A stretch of DNA of 64,000 nt from the NCBI GenBank assembly GCA_001789635.1, contig MGAF01000026.1, forward strand, positions 5,055 through 69,054, given 5' to 3'. The DNA comes from Candidatus Roizmanbacteria bacterium RIFCSPLOWO2_01_FULL_35_13 (GTDB lineage: Bacteria > Patescibacteriota > Microgenomatia > UBA1406 > GWC2-37-13). The notes under the pieces were generated by a model. That model was not told the origin of the DNA and did no database searches. It saw only the letters and a list, made by a program, of their open reading frames with translations. The translations under genes and the position numbers were made by a program. Positions 52,801 to 60,390 of the stretch are shown one piece after another (the first letter of the stretch is position 1; each line of letters opens with the position of its first letter).

Positions 52801-53522
52801 TAATAGGTCATATTGGTGAAGTGGACCATAAATTTGGAGGTTTTAACTGAATCCAAAAGTTCGATATTCAGATTGCTGCAGCCTTTAAAAGTTTTATAAG
52901 CGGTTTCGCTGTCCAGAATTACGCTGCCTCCCTGAGAAGATAAAAAGAAAATATTAAAAAGATTTTTCACTCCGAGTCTTTCAATAAAAAACAACATCAT
53001 CGTGTCCGAGAGTTGTATTACCAGTAAGACTATACTTGCAGAAAATGTGACATATAAAAGAAGAAGACCGATTTTTAAAATAAGAGGCCAGACTTCAATT
53101 TTAAGATTAAAATTTGACCGTTGGCCGATAATAATTCCCAAACCAAAAATTGCAACAATTAAGATAAGAAAAAAGTAAACTATATTTCTGGCAAACGACC
53201 AGACAGATAAGATAACCGGATGATTATCAATAGACCGGTGGGTAAGAGTCCAGTATAAAAACTGCCGTGATCTTTCTCCGGCTTTTCCTAATGCTGTAAC
53301 ATCCGGATCGCTGACCCACAGATTCTGCGATTTATTTCTCTCCCAGTCTGCAAAACTGGCTGCGCAGGTATAGTTAATTCCGGTAATTAACGGGCACCAA
53401 GCCCCTAAACAGGGTTCATAGGCAGGAGTAGGAGTTGCTGGTATAGCTTGTGCCGATACAGGCCGTATCAGCGGAATAATAAGAAAAAAGAGGAAAATAA
53501 AAAGTAAAAGAATTTTTTTCAT
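49893..53522 (-). CDS. large polytopic membrane protein (1,209 aa) with a signal peptide, about 8 TM helices and a long repeat-rich tail
   Basis: Signal MKKILLLFIFLFFLIIPLIRPVSAQA, Trp-rich TM block, repeats, and a K/E-rich C-terminus. Confidence 0.8.
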   Translation of the reverse strand: MKKILLLFIFLFFLIIPLIRPVSAQAIPATPTPAYEPCLGAWCPLITGINYTCAASFADWERNKSQNLWVSDPDVTALGKAGERSRQFLYWTLTHRSIDNHPVILSVWSFARNIVYFFLILIVAIFGLGIIIGQRSNFNLKIEVWPLILKIGLLLLYVTFSASIVLLVIQLSDTMMLFFIERLGVKNLFNIFFLSSQGGSVILDSETAYKTFKGCSNLNIELLDSVKTSKFMVHFTNMTYYMVGIMFILRKVVLWLLLFVSPFLALLMPFVFIRNAGWIWIGVFFQWVFYGPLFGLFLGGLAAIWGSPSHIPYNFDFSRANKIEGFVYPTTINILYGGPAQKLDLLNSSNYTDTYAEYIIALVMLWAVTIFPWWLLRIFRDYCCDGIYATKNILLSMYDQMRGGSTPFGPGPVPIPAPSGLSTGTAMQIPRDDRMRTVTKLETTEEIKRTRTEDITRSMQFSASKLTDIARFETNKQNNETITKNINFLQNPMKAETPTERQKYMNIRSELFSRAVKEDKTAKQVLSSISTSKVEQLQRREEMLKTTTQSVPVTHLVSVKVNIPTEKVQSVTSSFMQSVSNNNNMTQSISQITQTPQTKVQSVLNSFSQNMSQPVSNILQNVANQTGVTKEKVSSIIQNTTNVVRQSQLVDKIATKEQVTTQNVEKILSSISTAVTDHEKETVTTSISTQTGIPVEKVNSITKTLLSNASTDNTFVKELEKQTNLPASQVKTILNSFTQNINQPITTSVNNIASQTKVEKEKVREVINTAVNNLRQSQLVNNIAVKEQVTVERVEKILSTVATSLTREAPITQSMINSVSKSQTFVKQIEKQTNLPISQISNILNTYTQNLNQPLETSINNISTQTGVTKEKVREVIQTTLSAIPSTSTGEKETVVNMIASQSGLPVEKTTIVMKTLLSSISSDRTFIKQLEQQTNLQAGQVTKILNVFTENINQPMSTSINNISTQTGIEKEKVTRVINTAVNNLKTSKDTVRQILQKENIKEKDLQKIVNNQIPMVTEPEKHVESMISVPASVSLDEYEQVKKMWKDQYVRGEVPVSDIIKSRDQWVGQDVVFITNVLNKLVSDSPEIKQQGLDDIGYILPIFLINNLKGEQLMVYLKAKLEAAKEVEELQTKEQEIKEEVEEKKEEEFIDVDKPKAEEQEKVMEMKEEMEIKEPEEKSAESKPTRENAQNPAGEESEAKKPDENKK
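50480..51900 (-). repeat. Nested coding repeats: about 14 copies of a ~27-aa unit organised in ~105-110-aa super-repeats
   Basis: The AGATTAGTYTGTT cores recur at about 50715, 51023 and 51350. Peptide units follow Q-T-G/N-x-x-x-E/Q-K/Q-V-x-x-[IV]-[IL]-N. Confidence 0.8.
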
Positions 53523-53575
53523 TTTAACAGGTCATTGACAAGATTCAAAAGTTAGATTAGTATAATATTAATTGT

Positions 53576-55375
53576 ATGATAAAGAAATTATTTTTAACAA
53601 TATTTGTATTTTTATTCTTCTTATTTATTTCTAACAAAAATGCTGGTACGGTTCAAGCGCAAGCAAATACAGCGTCTTCAGCTCAATTATGGCGATGTCT
53701 GCAGGCCAGTACGGTTAATGAACAAACACCCAGACCTCCAAAGACAGTTGACTTAAATTTAACCGGCAAAGGTTTTCCTTCATTTCAGGATACTTATATT
53801 GTTTTATGTATTCCGCCACCAAAAAATTCAGGACGAACCAGTTATAAATGCAGTACAGGAAGTCCCGAAAGCGATAAGTTTATATTTGGTTCTGATTTAA
53901 CCCTATCTTTGAGTCCGGTTGCGCTTGAGATCCCGCCGGGTTCTTCACCACCATTACCGATTCAAGCCGCCGGAGATACGATTCAAACTATTGTACGTAT
54001 GTTAATTCCTCAAGGTCACGTCAGTTACGCTTATTTTGGCGTAACAGTAAGTGAACCTAAGGTAATTCCGGGTCAGGGCAGTACGATTCAATATGGAACT
54101 TTTGAGTTCCAGCAGGATCCGAAAGTGCAGGGTTGTGTCAGTATCAGATGGGATCCGTTCGGACGTGTATTTGACAGTCAAAGCCTGGAGCCGATCTCAA
54201 ATGTTACGGTAACATTATTGGATAAAAACAAAATATTTGCCGATATGCCTGGACTTTCAAATCCTGAAATTACCGAAGCTGACGGAATATATAATTTCTT
54301 CGTCGATATAAAAGGCAAAGATCCGGAAACATTTTACGTATCTCCCTTCAAATCGACTCATACTTTTACCGCTACCCCAAACTTAAATCCGAATTATAAC
54401 AAAGCTTATTATGACATTTACAAGCCGGGTGATCCGATTGTCGAAGCACCGGGTGTGCCCGAACATCGGGATATTCCTTTGGATCCGGGAACAAATCCGC
54501 CTTTCAGGTCAGATCCGGTCAGTATGACTGCTGCCGCAGTAAGACTAGGCAGATATATCCGGTACGAGGGGACTGTTTCACACCCTCTTTCCATAGTGAC
54601 ATTGATAGGAAAAAATAGCCAGACTGAAGTTGCAAGGACAATAGCCGACAGGGAAGGCTTTTGGACAATTTTAGTTCCTCATGACAGTGTTCCTCAAAAC
54701 GAATCTCTTAAAATGCAGATTATCAAAGTTGACATAGCCAATTTTTCCGGTTTTTCACAAGACTCATCCGAAAAATTATTTAACCGTATAGTCAGGGGAT
54801 TTTTATCTGTTATAAGTAGAAAAGTCTCGGCGCAACCTGTAAGTACAGATAGCGATGATGAATTTAAACCTATTCTTTCTTATGTTGAAGGATTTGCCAG
54901 AGATAAGAATGGAAATATAATTCCCAATGCAACCGTGAATGTAAAACTTGAGATGTCCGATGGTCTGTATTACCAAACGACAGCCGATGAGAACGGTTTT
55001 TTTACGGTCCCCCCTGATAGATTGCCGATTTTTAACTATTACATTGAGTTTGTTTCTCCGAGTTCGGCTGTAGCCGAAAAAATATCTACGGTAGAGTTTG
55101 TTAATGATAATGAAGAATATCTGACGGAAAATAAAGTCAATCTGATGGCCGCAACTAAAAATGGGGAATCACTACTTCCTCCTTTGCCTCCCGCTGAAGA
55201 AACTCAGCCTGATTCCAGTCCGGTTCCCGAAACAAATACTCCAGGATCATTTTTCGCAGGGAGGAGTGTTAATTTGATCCTGACAGTTATCGCACTTATT
55301 GTACTTCTTGGTGTTACAGGCGGAGTACTGATGTATATTAAAAAGAAAAAGTCTGAATCAGACGACCTTCTCTGA
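53576..55375 (+). CDS. secreted, C-terminally anchored surface protein with CarboxypepD_reg-like beta-sandwich modules
   Basis: Signal peptide ..NAGTVQAQA. GRVFDSQSLEPISNVTVTLLD and GFARDKNGNIIPNATVNVKL..DENGFFTV. Pro-rich stalk, TM helix and KKKK tail. Confidence 0.7.
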   Translation: MIKKLFLTIFVFLFFLFISNKNAGTVQAQANTASSAQLWRCLQASTVNEQTPRPPKTVDLNLTGKGFPSFQDTYIVLCIPPPKNSGRTSYKCSTGSPESDKFIFGSDLTLSLSPVALEIPPGSSPPLPIQAAGDTIQTIVRMLIPQGHVSYAYFGVTVSEPKVIPGQGSTIQYGTFEFQQDPKVQGCVSIRWDPFGRVFDSQSLEPISNVTVTLLDKNKIFADMPGLSNPEITEADGIYNFFVDIKGKDPETFYVSPFKSTHTFTATPNLNPNYNKAYYDIYKPGDPIVEAPGVPEHRDIPLDPGTNPPFRSDPVSMTAAAVRLGRYIRYEGTVSHPLSIVTLIGKNSQTEVARTIADREGFWTILVPHDSVPQNESLKMQIIKVDIANFSGFSQDSSEKLFNRIVRGFLSVISRKVSAQPVSTDSDDEFKPILSYVEGFARDKNGNIIPNATVNVKLEMSDGLYYQTTADENGFFTVPPDRLPIFNYYIEFVSPSSAVAEKISTVEFVNDNEEYLTENKVNLMAATKNGESLLPPLPPAEETQPDSSPVPETNTPGSFFAGRSVNLILTVIALIVLLGVTGGVLMYIKKKKSESDDLL

Positions 55376-55605
55376 TGATTAGATTCTACGAACATCATAA
55401 AAGATCTTTAGTCAAAACACTTAGTTTTCGCATTCTGGTTATGTTTTTCGATTTTTTTATTATAGTAATAATTACCAAGCGTTATGACATAGCCTTAGGA
55501 GTTTTACTTTTTTCCAATTTTTCGAGCACCGTTTTGTATTTTTTCCACGAAAGAATCTGGAACAATATTAATTGGGGTAAACAAAATCAGATCAATACCC
55601 GGTAA
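55375..55605 (+). CDS. DUF2061-type small membrane protein
   Basis: KRSLVKTLSFRI...YFFHERIWNNINWG. TGATG overlap with the upstream gene. Confidence 0.65.
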   Translation: MIRFYEHHKRSLVKTLSFRILVMFFDFFIIVIITKRYDIALGVLLFSNFSSTVLYFFHERIWNNINWGKQNQINTR

Positions 55606-56326
55606 ATTTTTCTTTCCTAATTTTTAGAACGTCTATTCCCAAAGTTTTTAAAATATTATCCACAGCATCTACCATCAAAGGCGGACCAGCAATGTAAAAG
55701 ATTGACGATTTATAGCCTGGTATATTATTTATTATGAAATTTTTATTAATTCTGCCGGTTTTTCCTGGCCAGGGTAACTTTGAATTTTCCGGCTGAGTTA
55801 TAGTTTCAATAAATCTAAACCAGGATTTTTTAGAAGCGATTTCTTTTAATTCAGCCTGAAATACAATATCTTCCACAACACTTGATGAAACCAAAAGCGT
55901 AATTGGAATTTTGAGGTTTGAATCTGCGGTATAACGGACCATACAGCGAAAGGGAGTAATGCCAATACCTCCGGCAAGCAAAACATGAGGAATTGTTTCT
56001 TCGGGATTTAATATAAAAGATCCGTATGGCAAACTCATCTGAACTTTTGAATTTACTTTAAGATTCAACAAAGTTTGTTTAAAGTCGCTGTCACGGATCC
56101 GTACCGTAATCATGAGAAATTGCTTTTCCGATGGAGAAGAAGCAATTGAGAAAAATCTTCCGTTACCCCTGTCTGAGGATTGGGGTATACTCAGAAATAA
56201 TCGCAAAAACTGTCCTGGGTAAAAATCCAAGTCTCTGGGTCTTTCAAAATAAAAAGAATAGGTGTTAAGTGCGACATGTTCCTTTTTTAAAAGTTTTGTC
56301 TCAATTTTTCGAGCAATTATTGCCAT
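55592..56326 (-). CDS. FNR-like FAD/NAD(P)-binding oxidoreductase
   Basis: RFFSIASSP (RxYS-type FAD motif) and LLAGGIGITPF. Confidence 0.65.
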   Translation of the reverse strand: MAIIARKIETKLLKKEHVALNTYSFYFERPRDLDFYPGQFLRLFLSIPQSSDRGNGRFFSIASSPSEKQFLMITVRIRDSDFKQTLLNLKVNSKVQMSLPYGSFILNPEETIPHVLLAGGIGITPFRCMVRYTADSNLKIPITLLVSSSVVEDIVFQAELKEIASKKSWFRFIETITQPENSKLPWPGKTGRINKNFIINNIPGYKSSIFYIAGPPLMVDAVDNILKTLGIDVLKIRKEKFTGY

Positions 56327-56360
56327 GGTATAAATGTATATTATATAATTTTATCTGGAT

Positions 56361-57149
56361 ATGCTCCGCCTGTTTAAAACCCCAAAGATGCTGTTAGTTC
56401 TCACATTGCTTATAATTTCTGCAACCATATTTCTTAGACAACCATCCGTAGAGTTATTCATCCGTTTTGTTTTGACTCTTTTTATTGCCGTAGTCAGCGA
56501 TATACTTTTGGTCAGATTCAGAAAGATAGAATCTTTTTTTCCATCTGCCGCCATAGTCTCCGGGATAATTATTTTTTTACTATTACCTCCTGATGCATCC
56601 ATCTTAGAGCTATTCATAACGGTCCTCATTGCATTATCAGCGAAACAGTTTATCAGGATCAATAAAAAACATATATTCAATCCGGCGGTTTTTGGTTTAT
56701 TTGTAGGCGGATTGATATTTAATCATATTGTTTCCTGGTGGGGAGTTGCATGGCAACAACTGAAATTGAATAATATTCCGGCAATTATAAATTTTGCGAT
56801 TCTTCTATTACCATTTTATGTGTCTGCGATAAAGATGAGACGCTTAAAAATAATAGCCTCTTTTTTGTTAATATATAATTTATATAATTACTTTTTTGCC
56901 GGAGTTTTGACTATTTTTGACCCGACTGTTATATTTTTTTCTTTTGTGATGTTGCCTGAGCCCATGACAACTCCCAGTAATCATAAATCACAAATTATTT
57001 TTGGAATTTTTGTAGCTCTGTTTGCCATATTAGTATCATATCAATCTTTCATTTTTATACCCGACTCCTTAATCTTAGCTCTTTTGGTTGGTAACACAGT
57101 TTTTTTTAAATGGAGAAAGAATGAAGTTGTTTTGAAAGCAGGTAAATAG
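56361..57149 (+). CDS. RnfD/NqrB-family-like membrane protein
   Basis: PSAAIVSGIIIFLLLPP ... HIFNPAVFG ... PEPMTTP. Confidence 0.5.
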   Translation: MLRLFKTPKMLLVLTLLIISATIFLRQPSVELFIRFVLTLFIAVVSDILLVRFRKIESFFPSAAIVSGIIIFLLLPPDASILELFITVLIALSAKQFIRINKKHIFNPAVFGLFVGGLIFNHIVSWWGVAWQQLKLNNIPAIINFAILLLPFYVSAIKMRRLKIIASFLLIYNLYNYFFAGVLTIFDPTVIFFSFVMLPEPMTTPSNHKSQIIFGIFVALFAILVSYQSFIFIPDSLILALLVGNTVFFKWRKNEVVLKAGK

Positions 57150-57193
57150 GTATAATTGAATATGCAAAATAATGAAAGGCGGGTGATTAATTT

Positions 57194-57676
57194 ATGAATA
57201 ATAAAGCGCTTTTATTTTTAATAGGAGTTTTACTTCTGGGTGGTGTATTTGTTTTGGCGAAAAATCAGAATAAGACTGCTCCTGCAGTACAAAATCAGGA
57301 AGACGCACTTGAGGCAGGAGATGAAGGAGTTAATGAAGAGCAGTTGGAAGATGGAATCGAAGGGGTAGAAAATGATGGTGGGACAGTAGAGGAAGGCGAT
57401 GAGGCAGAAAGCGTTAAAGTTTCGGTAACAGACGCAGGTTTTGAACCGCAAACAGTTAATGTAAAAGTTGGATCTAAGGTTGTTTGGACTAATAATACTC
57501 AGGCAACTGCCGATGTCAGTTCAGCGCAGCATCCAACCCATCTGGTTTACCCGCCGCTTAATTTAGGAAATTTTGAACCCGAAGAAAAAGTAAGATTGGT
57601 TTTTGAAGAAGCCGGAACCTATAAATATCATGATCATTTGAATCCGAGCATGTTTGGTACAGTGGTGGTGGAGTAA
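57194..57676 (+). CDS. membrane-anchored cupredoxin-fold protein
   Basis: TM helix, acidic linker, and C-terminal GTYKYHDHLNPSMFGTVVV. Confidence 0.45.
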   Translation: MNNKALLFLIGVLLLGGVFVLAKNQNKTAPAVQNQEDALEAGDEGVNEEQLEDGIEGVENDGGTVEEGDEAESVKVSVTDAGFEPQTVNVKVGSKVVWTNNTQATADVSSAQHPTHLVYPPLNLGNFEPEEKVRLVFEEAGTYKYHDHLNPSMFGTVVVE

Positions 57677-57693
57677 AGTTGGTAATTTTGTAT

Positions 57694-57818
57694 AGATTCT
57701 AACCCGCCTATTCTCAGCATTCGCCTTTCCCGCCTGCAACGCTATGCGTAGCATTGCGGGCAGGTCAGTTCTATTCGAACACGGCTTATGCTTCGAATTT
57801 AGGCGGGTATAAGAATCT
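57694..57818 (+). repeat. 125-bp GC-rich element with 17-19-bp terminal inverted repeats
   Basis: AGATTCTAACCCGCCTA matches the reverse complement of 57800-57818 (AGATTCTTATACCCGCCTA). Internal hairpin ATTCGAA..TTCGAAT. Confidence 0.65.
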
Positions 57819-57864
57819 GTAAAATTCACTTTTAATAAGTTAAAAGTTCATTACAGATTCTAAT

Positions 57865-58047
57865 ATGTGTTATAACTGTGGGTGCGGAGTGCCGGATGAC
57901 GACATGGGTAAAGGAAAAATATCAGAAGGAGGCGCATCTTTAACCGAGGATGATTTTAAATTGCTTGCTGAGAAGTGGAGTATGAGCGAAGAAGAAGCTA
58001 AGCAAAATGTATTAGACCTATTAAAAAAGGTACTCGCTAAAAATTAA
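57865..58047 (+). CDS. small Cys-rich protein (60 aa), candidate metal-binding partner of the downstream transporter
   Basis: N-terminus MCYNCGCGVPDD. Lies 6 bp upstream of the NiCoT-like gene. Confidence 0.45.
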   Translation: MCYNCGCGVPDDDMGKGKISEGGASLTEDDFKLLAEKWSMSEEEAKQNVLDLLKKVLAKN

Positions 58048-58053
58048 ATCACG

Positions 58054-58776
58054 ATGTCGATAAACTTTTCTCAATTGTCAGTATTTTTTTTAGCTCTACT
58101 ACTTGGGCTTCGACACGGTATAGATTGGGATCATATTGCTGCAATTACCGATGTAACAGGCACGTCTGATCATCGACACGAAGCCTTATTTTCGGGTTTT
58201 CTCTACATAATTGGGCATGCGTTTGTCGTAATTATTCTAGGTTTAGCGGCAATTGCTGTTGGTGTTAATCTCCCGGACTGGGTTGATCCGATAATGGAAA
58301 AATTCGTAGGAATCACTTTAGTTTTGGTTGGTGTATGGCTTTTAATTTCGATTTTAAGATACGGAAAAAATTTCAAGCTGAAAAGCAGGTGGATCTTAGT
58401 TCTGGATTTTGTAAATAAAATATCGCTTTTTTTGCATAATAAAATTCCCCATAAGCACGAGCACCAGGAACTCCAGCAGGTAGAGGGTAAAAATGTCTGG
58501 AAAGCTGCTTTTACAATTGGCATGATTCACGGGGTAGGGGCTGAAACTCCTACACAAGTTTTACTTTTTGTAACCGCAGCAGGAGTTGGCCATGGAATTG
58601 GTGGAATTTTATTATTGTTTACGTTTGTGTTTGGGTTGGCATTATCAAATACGGCGATTTCCCTATTTTCAATATTCGGTTTTGCCAAAGCCAAGAAAAA
58701 TTCTAATATTTATGTAGGACTAGGATTAATAACGGCTTGTTTTAGTCTATTTGTTGGGTTATCATACTTTTTATGA
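58054..58776 (+). CDS. NicO/NiCoT-family nickel/cobalt transporter-like protein
   Basis: RHGIDWDHI has the same spacing as the NiCoT HAxDADHI motif. Polytopic, with a His-rich loop (HNKIPHKHEHQE). Confidence 0.55.
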   Translation: MSINFSQLSVFFLALLLGLRHGIDWDHIAAITDVTGTSDHRHEALFSGFLYIIGHAFVVIILGLAAIAVGVNLPDWVDPIMEKFVGITLVLVGVWLLISILRYGKNFKLKSRWILVLDFVNKISLFLHNKIPHKHEHQELQQVEGKNVWKAAFTIGMIHGVGAETPTQVLLFVTAAGVGHGIGGILLLFTFVFGLALSNTAISLFSIFGFAKAKKNSNIYVGLGLITACFSLFVGLSYFL

Positions 58777-59705
58777 AAAATAATTTACAGTTAGTTAATT
58801 TTCAAACTCCGGACAGTCTCACTTTACCCGGACTTTTGTATGAACCTGAAAAAAAGACAGATAAAGTTTTAATCTATCTGCACGGCAATGGAAGCGCATC
58901 GATATTTTATAGTCCAGAAACAATGAAATTATGCGGCGAGTATTTGAATAAAATTGGAGTAGCTTTTTTTCCGTTTAATAACAGGGGTGCCCACTGGATT
59001 AAAAAATTAAAGAAAAAAGTCGGAGATAAAGAAGAAGGAATTCCATACGGAATGACTTATGAACTGATTAATGAATGCATATATGATATTGATGGAGCTG
59101 TGGATTTCCTAAGAGATATAGGTTATAAGACATTTTATTTAGCCGGTGTTTCAACGGGTGCTAATAAAATCGTTGTTTACAATTATTATAAATCCCAGGC
59201 AAAAGAAAAAAACCTTATCTCAAAATATATCTTAATCAGCGGAGGAGATGATGTCTCGGTTTACCTTAATTTTTATTTTAAAAGTGATAAAAAGATTTTT
59301 GCTGAAATGCTTAATAAATGCAAAGAAGAGATTCAAAAAGGACAAGGCAGAAGTTTTGTACCGCAAAATATTATTGCTGACCCGCTTATTTCTTACCAGT
59401 CTCTTTACGATACGATAAATCCTGACGGTAATTATAATATTTTTCCCTTTGACGACTATCTACACAATTTGAGACTTGGCAATAAACGACTGTTTAAAGA
59501 ATTCAAAACGCTAGAAAAACAAACGTTAATGATTTACGGTGGCAGCGACGAATACAGTCCGGCTCTGGTTTCAGACTGTGTGAATGTCTTAAAAAAAGAA
59601 TGCAGCCACCCCGGCCTTTTTACCTTTAAAATAATCAACGGCGCCGATCACGGATTTACCGGAAAAGAAAAGGAACTCGTAGAAATTATTTCAAAATGGT
59701 TGTAA
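58773..59705 (+). CDS. alpha/beta hydrolase
   Basis: YLHGNGSAS, AGVSTGA (GxSxG), GADHGF. Confidence 0.65.
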   Translation: MKNNLQLVNFQTPDSLTLPGLLYEPEKKTDKVLIYLHGNGSASIFYSPETMKLCGEYLNKIGVAFFPFNNRGAHWIKKLKKKVGDKEEGIPYGMTYELINECIYDIDGAVDFLRDIGYKTFYLAGVSTGANKIVVYNYYKSQAKEKNLISKYILISGGDDVSVYLNFYFKSDKKIFAEMLNKCKEEIQKGQGRSFVPQNIIADPLISYQSLYDTINPDGNYNIFPFDDYLHNLRLGNKRLFKEFKTLEKQTLMIYGGSDEYSPALVSDCVNVLKKECSHPGLFTFKIINGADHGFTGKEKELVEIISKWL

Positions 59706-59730
59706 TTCTGTAGCATTAGTTTATTCACTC

Positions 59731-60306
59731 TTATTTTATGTAGTGTTTAAGAAGATCAATAAATTTATCGTAATAGCGGTAATAAATATAAGCGTCCAAA
59801 AAAAGCAGTCCGGGAAAAATCATTGATTTTTCCATAAAGCTCGCAGTTCTTATCCTTAAAAATCTTAATGGAGGAAATCCGAATTTAAACGGTATCGGAA
59901 AAAGCCAGGGGACTCCTTCCTGAGTTAATGTGTCCATAATCAGATGAGTAATATATCCGATCATAAACGCTGACCAGACAATATTCATATCGACTAACAG
60001 AATCTGGCCGATTTTGGCAAATATAAATTTGGAAAGCCAGGCGAAAAATAAAATACCAATAATTGAGTGTGAGATGTTGCGGTGACCGCCTAGGAAAGGA
60101 TAAAAGATCCGGCCGATTACTGACCCGGCCGGCAATTTTCTCCAGAGATCGGCGGTGGGTTGATCAATATCCGGTGTCAGACCTCCGACAATTCCGACTA
60201 ATAAAGCCGTAATTCCCGTCGCTAAGGTAATGGTTTGTGGAGGTTGAGTCGCCACTACATAGCTGATTGCGGTGAATGTTGCCAGATCATGTGTTCGCCC
60301 CATCAT
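59731..60306 (-). CDS. YdjM/DUF457-like membrane-bound metal-dependent hydrolase
   Basis: MMGRTHDLATF start and His-rich TM protein. Confidence 0.5.
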   Translation of the reverse strand: MMGRTHDLATFTAISYVVATQPPQTITLATGITALLVGIVGGLTPDIDQPTADLWRKLPAGSVIGRIFYPFLGGHRNISHSIIGILFFAWLSKFIFAKIGQILLVDMNIVWSAFMIGYITHLIMDTLTQEGVPWLFPIPFKFGFPPLRFLRIRTASFMEKSMIFPGLLFLDAYIYYRYYDKFIDLLKHYIK

Positions 60307-60339
60307 AGACTATTATTGTAGCAAAAGTATTTTTCTTAT

Positions 60340-60366
60340 GTCATTCCCATGAAAATGGGAATCCAG
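60340..60366 (+). repeat. Solo half-copy of the GTCATTCC element
   Basis: GTCATTCCCAT-GAAA-ATGGGAATCCAG parallels 19883-19908. Confidence 0.7.
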
Positions 60367-60390
60367 TATATTTATCAAAGTATTCGTATT

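Noticed and set aside
55180-55375. Sortase or exosortase-type sorting signal at the C-terminus of the 599-aa surface protein.
   Set aside because: There is a Pro-rich stalk, a TM helix and a KKKK tail, but no LPXTG or other named motif (PEP, PGF, GlyGly). No sortase gene is in the window. It is treated as a plain C-terminal membrane anchor.
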